From contig DCTY01000036.1 in assembly GCA_002329335.1 (NCBI GenBank), positions 22,169-86,168 on the forward strand: a DNA stretch of 64,000 nucleotides. The letters are read 5' to 3'. Position numbers and translations under genes: made by a program. Below the pieces are notes generated by a model. The model worked only from the letters and a program-made list of their open reading frames with translations. It ran no database searches and had not been told where the DNA came from. This DNA comes from Christensenella sp. UBA1428 (GTDB lineage Bacteria > Bacillota > Clostridia > Christensenellales > UBA1750). Shown here in pieces: positions 18,303-27,949 of this stretch (within the stretch, counting starts at the first letter, position 1; each line of letters starts with the position of its first letter).

Positions 18303-21300
18303 ATGCGTATCGATGATTTCAGGCGGCGCTCCGTGGGCGTGCTGCTGACGTTGTGTTTGGTATTTACGGCGTTATGGCCCGGTCTGGCTTTCGCTCAAGG
18401 CACATCGATTGCTGATTGGACGTTCAAAAGCATTGTGTCCGGGGAAAATCCGGGCGGCAATCCGGCGTTTGAAAAAACGGCCGATGCGATTTATACCTAT
18501 GATTTTTCTGATAACGACGGATTTAACAGCAAAGGGATCCGCCATTGCGGCGCGCTTTTGCTGCCGGGCGAAATTACCGGCGATTTTGAGATCTGCGCGA
18601 CGGTTGAACCGCTGCGCTGGTATCGCAAAGGTACCGGTGCGGTTGTCGGCGTAGCGCTGTTTGCCGCAGACGGCGACGGTATCAGCACGACCAACTATTT
18701 TTCACTGGTTGAGCGCGGCGACGGCAAGAACCAGATAACGGCGTATTACCGCCGGTACAAGGATGGCGCTTACGGCCTTGCAGCCCTGGGCGATAAGGCG
18801 GACGCCGTTTCCGGCGGTACTCGGATCGTGCTGAGCCGTACCGGGACGACCATGACGGCAACGGTTGACGGAACGGTCGTATGCACGGCATGCTCAGGGA
18901 CGGAAAAGAGCAATTATGACCCGGCATTAAATGACGCGGCGCGTATCGGGCTGGTTTTCGACGGCTGCGACGCCAGAATCACTGAACTGAAGATCACCGT
19001 CGGCGATCAGGTGCGCTATGATCAATCGGCCGACGATTCGATTGCGGTGCTGCATACCCAGGCGCCAAGCGCTGCTGCAGTGCTGACGGCAAACGATACG
19101 GTTTCTGAGGGAATCGGCGTGGACTGGGCGCTGGACATTCCGGCAAGCGGCTATGACGCGCTTTGGATTGCGGTTATGGACAGCGAAACAAACATGCGCC
19201 AACAGCAATATTTGCAGCCCGCAGACGGCGTTTGCGGCACCTGGACCTATGTGCCGGAAGCAGGCGGCGCTTATCTTGTCGCAGCAAGAGGTCTTTACCG
19301 GCAAAATGGCCAGATTCTGACCGGGCCGGAAACCACCGTTTCGCTGGCTTATGCCGCACCGCTTGCTGCACCGGTCGTTACGGCGCAGATTGCCGGGCCC
19401 GGGAGCGTAACCCTTTCCTGGACGGCGCAGGCGGCGGCGACCGGCTACAGCGCCGCGTATCAGCCGGAAGACGGTGAAACGGTGGACCTGGGAACGATCA
19501 CCCCTGGCGAAAGCGGCGGCATGCTGTCCTATACGGTAGCGGGCCTGGCTAACGGTGCGGCATATTGGTTTACCGTTACCGCGACAGACGGCGTATCGTC
19601 GATGACCAGCCAGGCGGTATCCTGTACGCCGCTGGCGGATGCAGCGCTGTGGCAGACGGGTATTTTTGGTTCCTCCACCAAACAGCCCACGGCGCAGAAC
19701 ATTGCCGACGGCAAGTATTGCAGTGTCACGCAACAGTCTGACGGTACGGTGCTGATTGAATCCGTCGGCGGCGCCGGCAAGCTGCAGGATCAGCACGACG
19801 GCATTGCCTGGTATTACACCAGAATTCCCGCGGATCAAAACTGTGTGCTCAGCGCAGACGTGAAGCTGGTTTATCACGGTACTGCGGGGACCGGCGGGGA
19901 TAATAAGCAGCAAAGCTTCGGCATCATGATGCGCGACGTCCCTGGAAAATACGAAGGCCTTTCCGATTCCAGCTATGGCTACAGCAACATGGTTGCGCTG
20001 GCGCCGTATGATTTGAGCCGGCCGATGCTGGCGCTGCGCCGTTTGGGCGTGCGTCCCGGCGCTCTGTCGTCCACGGAACTGACAGATATTCAGTTTGAAA
20101 AGCTGGAATTTCCCGTCGCCTATCCCAAGGTTGGCGAGACATACCATATGCGGATGGAGAAAAACAATACGGGATTTGTCATCAGTTTGACGGATCCGGC
20201 AACGGGCGCAGTGTATACGCAGGTTTTTTATGATGAGGATGCGCCGGATTTGCTGCTTGCACAGGATCCGCAGGCGTATTATGCGGGCTTTTTTGCATCG
20301 CGTGAAGCGAAAATTGAGGTTTCCAATCTTTCGCTTGTTACGACGCTGGCGGCGAACGATCCGCCGGCACAGCCCAAACCGGTACAGCCCATCGTCCCCA
20401 CGCTTGCCGTTGTGAGTGCGGCCCAGACGGGCAATGAGGAATATCTCCTTTGCTTTAAGACCAATGTCGCGGGCAAAGCGACGATCACACGGGCAGATGC
20501 AGTGCTTGGCGCAGATCTGGACGTTGTTCCCGGCGAAAACAGCTATGCAATTACGCTGCTTCCCGGTGAAAATGCGCTGAAAATTACCGTTACGCCCGAT
20601 GCGGCCCAGACGCTTACGGCTTATGATCCGCTGACGGAAGTGTTCGCTGTTGCGCTGCGCGTCTTTGACGGCGATATTTATGCTGCGCCGCAGGGACGGG
20701 AGGATGCCAGCGGCTCGGCGCTGGATCCGACGGATCTGCCAACGGCGGTGCTGCATGCGCGGCCGGGCCAGCGGATTATTTTGGCGCCGGGCGAATATCG
20801 GCTCAGCGATACGCTTGTGATCCCTGCGGCCTGCGACGGTACGGAACAAAACCCCGTGATGCTCCTGGGCGGCGGGCAGGCGTCGCTGGATTTTGGGGGC
20901 ATGGCCGGCGGTGTGATTCTGGAGGCGGATTATTGGCAGATTCATGGGCTGACGGTACAAAACAGTGCGGATAACGGCCTGCTCATCCGGGGCAGCCATC
21001 ATGTTGTTTCCGATTGTGTCTTTACAGGAAACGGCGATACCGGGCTTCAGATCAGCGGCAGAAGCGCCGACAGCTATGAACAGTGGCCCGCGTATAATCG
21101 GATTGTAAACTGCGAGTCCTGTCATAACCGCGACGCTTCCGACGGCAATGCCGATGGATTTGCGGCAAAGCTTGCCTGCGGCGACGGCAATGTGTTTGAC
21201 GGCTGCATTGCCCATCATAACAGTGATGACGGCTGGGACCTGTATGTGCGTACGGGCGATGTTATCGGCGCAGTTACGATTGCCAACTGCGTTGCCTATC

Positions 21301-22073
21301 AAAATGGCTATGCGATGGATCATTCGCAAACCAAGGGCGATGGCAACGGGTTTAAACTGGGCGGCGAAAGTGTGCCCGTGTGTCATTCTATTTATAATTG
21401 CGCCGCCTTTGACAACCGTGTGGATGGGTTTACGGCCAACAGCAATCCGACTTTTACCATGACCGACGTCACCTCCTTTCGAAACGGGCGATCCAACTTC
21501 GTCTTTGCCGGCGGTGATACGGCGTATACGGTGCGCGGCGCGCTGTCGGTGGACGGCGGTGCGGCGGATCAAAATACGCAGGGCGCCCTCCACGAAACCA
21601 ATTATTTCAGTGGGGATGCGCGTGCGGTTTCTTCTCTGTTTGCCTCCACGCAGGCGCCGGAGCGCGTGCGGCGCAATGCAGCCGGGCAGATCCGGTTGGG
21701 GGATTTTCTTTATGTGTCCACGGGAGAAACCGGCGCAGACCTGCGCGGGGAAACGGATTTGCCTGCGCCGACCAACGCGCCGTCCTATGGACAGGATGAT
21801 TGGATTTTGCCCGTTCAAACGCCGGCGCGGACGGAACCCCCTGTCCAGACCAGCGATCCGGATTCCGTTCTTTTTGTGCCTGCCCAAACGGCTGTGCCGA
21901 TTGTAACGGCGAATCCGCAGGCGGCTGCGACATCCCCGCAGGCCGGGAGCATTACGCCCTTGGCGGATATCCCCAAAACCGGCGACGCATCCACCGTGCC
22001 CGGGTATGCGGCGGCGTTTGCTGCCCTTGCCGCACTGTCAGCCGTGCTTTTCCTGCGCAAAAAGGCTCAATAA
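18303..22073 (+). CDS. Cell-wall-anchored multidomain polysaccharide lyase, PL9-like pectate lyase beta-helix with Fn3-like modules
   Basis: Signal peptide ...ALWPGLAFAQG. Fn3-like SVTLSWTAQ..YWFTVTA. Beta-helix motifs GNADGF, DDGWDLY, GNGFKLGG. C-terminal IPKTG followed by a hydrophobic segment and RKK tail. Confidence 0.8.
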   Translation: MRIDDFRRRSVGVLLTLCLVFTALWPGLAFAQGTSIADWTFKSIVSGENPGGNPAFEKTADAIYTYDFSDNDGFNSKGIRHCGALLLPGEITGDFEICATVEPLRWYRKGTGAVVGVALFAADGDGISTTNYFSLVERGDGKNQITAYYRRYKDGAYGLAALGDKADAVSGGTRIVLSRTGTTMTATVDGTVVCTACSGTEKSNYDPALNDAARIGLVFDGCDARITELKITVGDQVRYDQSADDSIAVLHTQAPSAAAVLTANDTVSEGIGVDWALDIPASGYDALWIAVMDSETNMRQQQYLQPADGVCGTWTYVPEAGGAYLVAARGLYRQNGQILTGPETTVSLAYAAPLAAPVVTAQIAGPGSVTLSWTAQAAATGYSAAYQPEDGETVDLGTITPGESGGMLSYTVAGLANGAAYWFTVTATDGVSSMTSQAVSCTPLADAALWQTGIFGSSTKQPTAQNIADGKYCSVTQQSDGTVLIESVGGAGKLQDQHDGIAWYYTRIPADQNCVLSADVKLVYHGTAGTGGDNKQQSFGIMMRDVPGKYEGLSDSSYGYSNMVALAPYDLSRPMLALRRLGVRPGALSSTELTDIQFEKLEFPVAYPKVGETYHMRMEKNNTGFVISLTDPATGAVYTQVFYDEDAPDLLLAQDPQAYYAGFFASREAKIEVSNLSLVTTLAANDPPAQPKPVQPIVPTLAVVSAAQTGNEEYLLCFKTNVAGKATITRADAVLGADLDVVPGENSYAITLLPGENALKITVTPDAAQTLTAYDPLTEVFAVALRVFDGDIYAAPQGREDASGSALDPTDLPTAVLHARPGQRIILAPGEYRLSDTLVIPAACDGTEQNPVMLLGGGQASLDFGGMAGGVILEADYWQIHGLTVQNSADNGLLIRGSHHVVSDCVFTGNGDTGLQISGRSADSYEQWPAYNRIVNCESCHNRDASDGNADGFAAKLACGDGNVFDGCIAHHNSDDGWDLYVRTGDVIGAVTIANCVAYQNGYAMDHSQTKGDGNGFKLGGESVPVCHSIYNCAAFDNRVDGFTANSNPTFTMTDVTSFRNGRSNFVFAGGDTAYTVRGALSVDGGAADQNTQGALHETNYFSGDARAVSSLFASTQAPERVRRNAAGQIRLGDFLYVSTGETGADLRGETDLPAPTNAPSYGQDDWILPVQTPARTEPPVQTSDPDSVLFVPAQTAVPIVTANPQAAATSPQAGSITPLADIPKTGDASTVPGYAAAFAALAALSAVLFLRKKAQ

Positions 22074-22253
22074 CGCAATTTATTTAAAAACGCATCGGAG
22101 AAATCCGGTGCGTTTTTGCATACAGCGAGCGCTGCGGCGTGAATTTTTTACGAAGGCCGTGTGCGGTCAGGTGCGGATATATCGCATTAAAAATCCGCAG
22201 TTTGGACGCATCGACCATTAAAGGCCGATGTTTTTTGCCAATAACAGGAAAAA

Positions 22254-22859
22254 TCACGGTTCCGGCGTGGTGGTGTATCCTTTTTCCCGGTGAAATACGG
22301 CGCGGCGTCCTCTGGCAATTGCGTCTTCCAGAAGCGCCAGATCCGGCTGAATATTATCCGGGCATATGAGCTGGCCGGTGGCCTTCTCCATTTCATAGTT
22401 TTCCAGCACCATGCGCGCGGCGCTGACTCTTGCCTGCATGGAGGTATGGCAGTGGGCGGTAAACATCTGCAGCAGCGAATACCAGGAACTGCCGTGCGCG
22501 CCGGTCATTAAAAATAACAGCTCCCTTTTTTCCATCTGAGAGGATTGCTGGATTAAAAACAACAGCGCCTCTTCAATGCGCGCGTCATCGGACGGATCGA
22601 AGTCTTTAAAAAGATTGGGATACAGAAAGGATACATAATAGGGCATTGGGTTAAGCCCCAGCAGCCGAAACCATTCGCTGCCCTGAAAAAGATTGGGGGA
22701 ACTGATGCCCTTTTCCCAGTTCTGGATGGTCTTTTTGGATACGCCAAGACCCAGAGCCATGAATTCCTGAGATTTGGCGGCGTCTGCTCTGGATTGCCAC
22801 CAAATTTTTGCAAATCGCTGTGCACGTTCAATTCTGGATTCTGATGAATTCATCTGCAT
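22254..22859 (-). CDS. XRE-family helix-turn-helix transcriptional regulator
   Basis: SQEFMALGLGVSKKTIQNWEKGISSP is a classic HTH_3 pattern. Start at MQMNSS with RBS GAGG. Confidence 0.7.
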   Translation of the reverse strand: MQMNSSESRIERAQRFAKIWWQSRADAAKSQEFMALGLGVSKKTIQNWEKGISSPNLFQGSEWFRLLGLNPMPYYVSFLYPNLFKDFDPSDDARIEEALLFLIQQSSQMEKRELLFLMTGAHGSSWYSLLQMFTAHCHTSMQARVSAARMVLENYEMEKATGQLICPDNIQPDLALLEDAIARGRRAVFHREKGYTTTPEP

Positions 22860-23390
22860 TCCTCGATATTCTGTAATTTGGCTTGCGCAGGAAAAAACTT
22901 TACCAGTGCGAACCCAAAAAATGGCGTAATATTTCTCGCTGAAAAGTCTCAAAAAGGAGCGCCGTTTTCTGCGCCGGCGCGCATGATGATGCAGGAGACA
23001 GATATACACTGATTTGGATGGGAAAAAAGATCTTCCGGCAACCTGACAGAAACGGCCTGCATGGGTAAAATGAAATCAAACGCAATGATGTATATACGTT
23101 TCAGTCCGATCTTTAAGGTGGTGGGGTTATCAATGGATAGATTGTATGACGATACGCCATTTCTGGCTTTGCATTGATCGTTGTAATATTGGCTCGCCTG
23201 CGATTCTTTTCCGGTATTGAAAAGCTCTTTTTGCAAAACGCCAGACACTTTTGACAACGCTGCAGAAGGAGATCCTGATATTTTTGTACGTTCTTTACAT
23301 TACCAGAATGTGGCGGCGGATGTCAAGTGGTTTTTTTGTGGGCGCGGCGAGGATGCCAACGGCCGCAATATGTGAATTTAAGGAGGATTC

Positions 23391-23762
23391 ATGCAGCAGA
23401 AAATCGTTAATTTGTTTTGCACTTTAGGCATTACGCCGAATTACAAAGGGTTTTTCTATATGGGATATGCCCTGTTGCTGGTTTGCGAGGACGCGCGCTG
23501 GCTTCAAAGGGTTACCCAGCGGCCTTACCCGAAGATTGCTGAAAGATACCATACGACTGCTTCCTGCGTGGAACGTGATTTGCGCTGGGTGATTCATGTC
23601 GCCTGGAAACGCAACCCGCACAGGCTCGTACAGCTTGCGCAGCGGGCATTGCATACGGCGCCGACGACCGTTCAAATGCTGTCCATGCTCAATGGCTATC
23701 TGTGCGCACAGGAAAACAGACCCGCAGGCGTCAGCGCGCAGGATGCGTTTCCCAGGTTTTGA
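23391..23762 (+). CDS. Stand-alone Spo0A C-terminal (DNA-binding) domain-like protein
   Basis: LGITPNYKGFFYMGYALLL...YPKIAERYHTTASCVERDLRWVIHVAW parallels the Spo0A effector-domain signature. No receiver domain. RBS AAGGAGG. Confidence 0.7.
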   Translation: MQQKIVNLFCTLGITPNYKGFFYMGYALLLVCEDARWLQRVTQRPYPKIAERYHTTASCVERDLRWVIHVAWKRNPHRLVQLAQRALHTAPTTVQMLSMLNGYLCAQENRPAGVSAQDAFPRF

Positions 23763-23907
23763 CGAACAGACAGCGTTTTTCTTTCCTCAATGGAATCTCC
23801 CATACAATTTTATAACCAATACAACAAGGGAGGCTGTATGAACAGCCTCCCGATGTTTTGGGCAGATTTTGCGGGTATTATGAAAATACGCGCAAAACAA
23901 TCTGAAA

Positions 23908-25098
23908 TTAGAAATCCACTTCGGTGTCGTAGTAGCAGCATTTGAGCAGCTGTTCCATCTGTTCGGGGGTGATGGGACGGGGGTTGGAGCCGGTGCAGGC
24001 GTCGCCCACCGCATTTTTGGCCACCTCGGGCAGTTTGGCAAGGAATTCTTCTTCGCCCACCATGCCGCCTTCGTAATCGCGGATGCACTGTGCGATGTGC
24101 AGCTGATCGTTCATCTGACGGATGCGGGCAATCAGCGCGTCCTTGAGCTGCTCGTCGGTCTCGCCCTTGAGCCCCAGGTATTTGGCGATCACCGCGTATC
24201 TGTGGCAGGCCTCGGCAACCTTGGCGTTATAGGCGATGACCTTGGGCAGATACATGGCGTTGGCAGCGCCGTGGACGATGTGCCCGCCGGAATAGGCCGC
24301 GCCGGTCTTGTGCGCCATGGAATGGACAATGCCCAGAAGCGCGTTGGAGAACGCCATGCCGGCCAGGCACTGCGCGTTGTGCATGCGGTCTCTGGCGGCC
24401 ATGTCGCCGTTATAGGAGTCGACCAGATCCGCGTTGATCATTTCAAGGGCATGGATTGCCAGCGGATCGGTGTAATCGCAGTGCAGCGTGGAAACATACG
24501 CTTCAACCGCATGGGTGAAAGCGTCCATACCGGTGTTGGCGGTCAGCTTCGCGGGCATGGTTTCCGCCAGGTCGGGATCCACGATCGCCACGTCGGGGGT
24601 GATATTAAAGTCGGCCAGGGGATATTTGATGCCCTTCTGGTAGTCGGTGATGACGGAGAACGCCGTCACTTCCGTCGCGGTGCCGGAGGTCGACGGGATG
24701 GCGCAGAACTTGGCCTTGGTGCGCAGCGTCGGGAAATTAAAGGGGATGCACAGATCTTCAAAGGTCACATCCGGATACTCGTAAAACGCCCACATCGCCT
24801 TGGCAGCGTCGATGGGGGAGCCGCCGCCGATGGCCACGATCCAGTCGGGATTGAATTCGCGCATCGCCTGCGCGCCCTTCATGACGGTTTCAACGGAAGG
24901 ATCGGGCTCGACGCCTTCAAACAGGCGCACTTCCATGCCGGCTTCCTTCAGATATTGTTCCACTTTGTCCAGAAAACCGAAACGCTTCATCGAGCCGCCG
25001 CCCACCACGACGATGGCTTTTTTGCCGGTGAGGGTTTTGAGGTTTTCAAGAGCGCCCTGACCATGATACAAATCTCTCGGTAAAGTAAAACGTGCCAT
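23908..25098 (-). CDS. Iron-containing (group III) alcohol dehydrogenase
   Basis: GGGSMKRFG, AIGGGSPIDAAKA and His-rich metal site HSMAH...H. RBS AGGAGG. Confidence 0.9.
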   Translation of the reverse strand: MARFTLPRDLYHGQGALENLKTLTGKKAIVVVGGGSMKRFGFLDKVEQYLKEAGMEVRLFEGVEPDPSVETVMKGAQAMREFNPDWIVAIGGGSPIDAAKAMWAFYEYPDVTFEDLCIPFNFPTLRTKAKFCAIPSTSGTATEVTAFSVITDYQKGIKYPLADFNITPDVAIVDPDLAETMPAKLTANTGMDAFTHAVEAYVSTLHCDYTDPLAIHALEMINADLVDSYNGDMAARDRMHNAQCLAGMAFSNALLGIVHSMAHKTGAAYSGGHIVHGAANAMYLPKVIAYNAKVAEACHRYAVIAKYLGLKGETDEQLKDALIARIRQMNDQLHIAQCIRDYEGGMVGEEEFLAKLPEVAKNAVGDACTGSNPRPITPEQMEQLLKCCYYDTEVDF

Positions 25099-25146
25099 TA
25101 GAATTGCCTCCTAACACAGAAAACAGAAAGTGCGGTAAAATCAAGT

Positions 25147-25164
25147 TTGTTAAACCTTTAACAA
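25147..25164. promoter_or_regulatory. Candidate Rex (redox repressor) operator upstream of the Fe-ADH gene
   Basis: TTGTTAA-ACCT-TTAACAA, an exact match to the clostridial Rex box TTGTTAANNNNTTAACAA. It sits 49 nt upstream of the ADH ATG. Confidence 0.6.
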
Positions 25165-25360
25165 ACTAAGGTTAGTGTAGCGCTTTTTACCAGATTTTGC
25201 AATGCGAATATCGCATAGCGCATTGCATATCCGGCATATCAGCGCTAGCTTGCCCCATGCAGGCCAAATGATGCGCAGGCAATGCCGGCGCGCTGTTTGA
25301 CCGGCCGTTTGATTTGGCGCATGGCTGCGCGGACAGTCGCCTGCTGCGCTCTTTTTGCCG

Positions 25361-26278
25361 TTAAGGCGCGGTTTCGGTGGGATAAACGGTTTTTTGCTGA
25401 TGCGCGGCGCGGTACTGACGGGGCGTTTGATCAAAGGCGGCGCCGAAATGCCGGGAAAAATAGCTGGGCGTGGAGAACCCGCACTGTGTGGCGATTGCGC
25501 TGACGCTCTGATCCGTTTGCGCCAGCAGCGTCAGGCTTTGCTCCAGCCGATAGCGCAGGAGGTATTCAAAAACGGACTGATGCATCAGCCGTTTGAAAAA
25601 ACGGCAGCACTCGCTTTGACACAGGCTTATCTGACGCGCAACGTCCGCAAGCGTGACTTTTTCGGCGTAATGTGCATGCAGATAGGTCAAAATGGCCAAA
25701 AGCCGCTCCCGGTCCCGCGCGGCGGCGGCCTGCGCATCCTTTTGCGGATGCAGGTTTTCCACCAGGGCGCATATGATCTGCGACAGCAGAATCTGGATGC
25801 GAAACGGCCCTGTCGCTTCCTGCGCGTCTGAAAGCGCGTGGATCTGTTCCATCTGCGCCAGAACCGGCTGCTGCCAGCCGGTTTGTCCGGTCAGATGAAC
25901 GGCGGCGCAGCGGCTGTCCGTCATCAGCGCCGCCAGATACCGCGTTTGAATCAGGCTGCCCTCAAAGCCGTAGACGATTTTGGGATCAAAGGTGATGGAA
26001 ACATACCGGCAATCTCCGTTTTCGGTCCGGCTGCCGGTGTGAGGCATGTTCGCGTTGCAGAAAAGCCCCTCTCCGGCGCGCAGCAGATATTGCCGGTCGT
26101 TGACCTGATAGCGGATCTGTCCGTTAAGCACCAGCGTCAGCTCCGCCTGCGGATGCCAGTGCCAGAAAAAAGCGCCGCCCTGATATTCCGAAAGGCGTTT
26201 GCAGCTGATGCGCACGGGAAACGCGTAGGTGCCGTGCGTCTTAATTTCCCGACGCGTCTGATCAATTTGTATCTGCAT
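25361..26278 (-). CDS. AraC-family transcriptional regulator (cupin sensor plus HTH)
   Basis: C-terminal HTH_AraC signature (GFSTPSYFSRHFGAAFDQTPRQYR). Divergent from galT. Confidence 0.85.
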   Translation of the reverse strand: MQIQIDQTRREIKTHGTYAFPVRISCKRLSEYQGGAFFWHWHPQAELTLVLNGQIRYQVNDRQYLLRAGEGLFCNANMPHTGSRTENGDCRYVSITFDPKIVYGFEGSLIQTRYLAALMTDSRCAAVHLTGQTGWQQPVLAQMEQIHALSDAQEATGPFRIQILLSQIICALVENLHPQKDAQAAAARDRERLLAILTYLHAHYAEKVTLADVARQISLCQSECCRFFKRLMHQSVFEYLLRYRLEQSLTLLAQTDQSVSAIATQCGFSTPSYFSRHFGAAFDQTPRQYRAAHQQKTVYPTETAP

Positions 26279-26397
26279 GGCAAAACCTCAAAATTGTGAT
26301 AGAACTGGCTGAAATAGTTGTTGTTTTTAGACCGTATGCTCATTATACTGATTATAAACAGATTCGTCAACGATTTTGGGAAGGGGAGGCGCGCGTT

Positions 26398-27891
26398 GTG
26401 ACGTTGGATCAGAAAATTGCCGCGCTTGTATGCTATGGGGAACGCACCGGGCTGATACCTGCCTGCGAGCGCGATTACAGCGTCAATCAGATTCTGGCGC
26501 TGTTTGGCGTAGCGGACTTTGCCTGGCCGGACGCGCCGGCGCAGCCGGACTGGCCGCTGGAAAAAATTCTGGAAGCGCTTTTGGACGAGGCGGCTGCGCG
26601 CGGATTGCTTGCCGAAAATACCACGCTGTGGCGCGACCTGTTTGATACCCGGTTGATGAACTGCATCACGCCGCGCCCCGCGCAGGTGATCGACCGGTTT
26701 TATACCCTGTATGCCCAGAGCCCCCGGCAGGCGACGGACGATTTTTACCGGTTTTGCCAGGACAGCGATTATATCCGGCGATACCGCATCCAAAAGGATG
26801 TGCGCTGGCAGATCGACAGCGCGTATGGGCAGATCGAGCTTTCGATCAATCTGTCCAAACCGGAAAAGGATCCCAAAGCCATCGCCGCTGCGGCCGGCGG
26901 GCAAAGCGGTTACCCCAGGTGCCAGCTGTGCGTTGAAAACGTCGGCTACGCCGGAAGGGCGGATCATCCCGGGCGCAGCACGCATCGGGTGATCCCGATC
27001 CGGCTTTTGGGCGAGGACTGGGCGTTTCAGTATTCGCCCTATGTGTACTATTCCGAACACTGTATCGTGCTCAATACCCGGCATGTGCCCATGCGCATCG
27101 GGCGCAGGACCTTTGAAAAGCTGCTGGATTTTGTGCGGCAGTTTCCGCATTACTTTCTGGGCTCCAACGCCGATCTGCCGATTGTGGGCGGATCCATCCT
27201 CAGCCATGACCACTATCAGGGCGGCCGGCATGATTTCCCGATGGCCAGGGCGCCGGTGGATTTCTGGCGCCGGATTGAGGGCTTTGAGGACGTGTCTTTG
27301 GGCGTGGTGCGCTGGCCGATGACGGCGCTGCGGCTGCGCGGGCATAAGATCGAGCCGCTGGCGGATCTGGCGGCGTATGTTTTGAACCGCTGGCGCGCTT
27401 ACAGCGACCCTGCGGCGGAGATCCTTGCCGGTACCGGCGATACGCCGCATAACACGATTACGCCCATTGCGCGGAAAAACGGCGCGGATTACGAATTGGA
27501 TCTGGTGCTGCGCAACAACCGTACGACGGCGCAGTATCCGCTGGGCATTTTTCATCCGCACTCTGAAAAGCACCATATCAAGAAGGAAAATATCGGCCTG
27601 ATCGAGGTGATGGGGCTGGCCGTGCTGCCGGCACGCCTGAACCAGGAGCTGCGCCAGCTTGCCCGGGCGCTGGCGGACGGCGCGCCGTTTGACGGTCCGC
27701 TGCTTGAAAAGCATGCCGCATGGGCCGAACCCATGCGCCAAACCTGCCGGGGCAGGACGGAAGCGGAAATCTGGCAGACGCTGCTTTTGGAAACCGGGCG
27801 GGTGTTTGTTGGGGTGCTCGAGGACGCGGGCGTATACAAGCAAACGCCTGCGGGCAAAGCGGGGCTGGAGCGCTTTTTAAAAACGCTGTAG
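26398..27891 (+). CDS. galT: UDP-glucose--hexose-1-phosphate uridylyltransferase (type 2 GalT)
   Basis: GGSILSHDHYQGG motif and length typical of Firmicutes GalT. GTG start behind RBS AAGGGGAGG. Confidence 0.85.
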   Translation: MTLDQKIAALVCYGERTGLIPACERDYSVNQILALFGVADFAWPDAPAQPDWPLEKILEALLDEAAARGLLAENTTLWRDLFDTRLMNCITPRPAQVIDRFYTLYAQSPRQATDDFYRFCQDSDYIRRYRIQKDVRWQIDSAYGQIELSINLSKPEKDPKAIAAAAGGQSGYPRCQLCVENVGYAGRADHPGRSTHRVIPIRLLGEDWAFQYSPYVYYSEHCIVLNTRHVPMRIGRRTFEKLLDFVRQFPHYFLGSNADLPIVGGSILSHDHYQGGRHDFPMARAPVDFWRRIEGFEDVSLGVVRWPMTALRLRGHKIEPLADLAAYVLNRWRAYSDPAAEILAGTGDTPHNTITPIARKNGADYELDLVLRNNRTTAQYPLGIFHPHSEKHHIKKENIGLIEVMGLAVLPARLNQELRQLARALADGAPFDGPLLEKHAAWAEPMRQTCRGRTEAEIWQTLLLETGRVFVGVLEDAGVYKQTPAGKAGLERFLKTL

Positions 27892-27949
27892 GCCGTCCGC
27901 GCGAAAAAGTGTGTGTTCAATCGCTAAAAAATCATCAGGAGGAACGCTT

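Noticed and set aside
18927-21887. 986-aa ORF antisense to the pectate-lyase gene
   Set aside because: The translation is dominated by Arg/Gly/Ala/His/Pro runs with no recognisable motifs and no RBS. The sense strand encodes a protein with a signal peptide, beta-helix motifs and a sorting signal. This is a typical stop-codon-poor antisense frame of GC-rich DNA.
22949-23257. 102-aa minus ORF in the XRE/Spo0A-C spacer
   Set aside because: It has a TTG start without an RBS, no recognisable domain, and an odd composition. Left unannotated.
24097-25083. 328-aa plus-strand ORF opposite the Fe-ADH. Similar plus-strand ORFs at 40595-41617 and 41990-42955 lie opposite pflB.
   Set aside because: ADH and PflB are unambiguous on the minus strand (GGGSxxD, RVSGY, ACCVS). 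The opposite frames are compositional artefacts.
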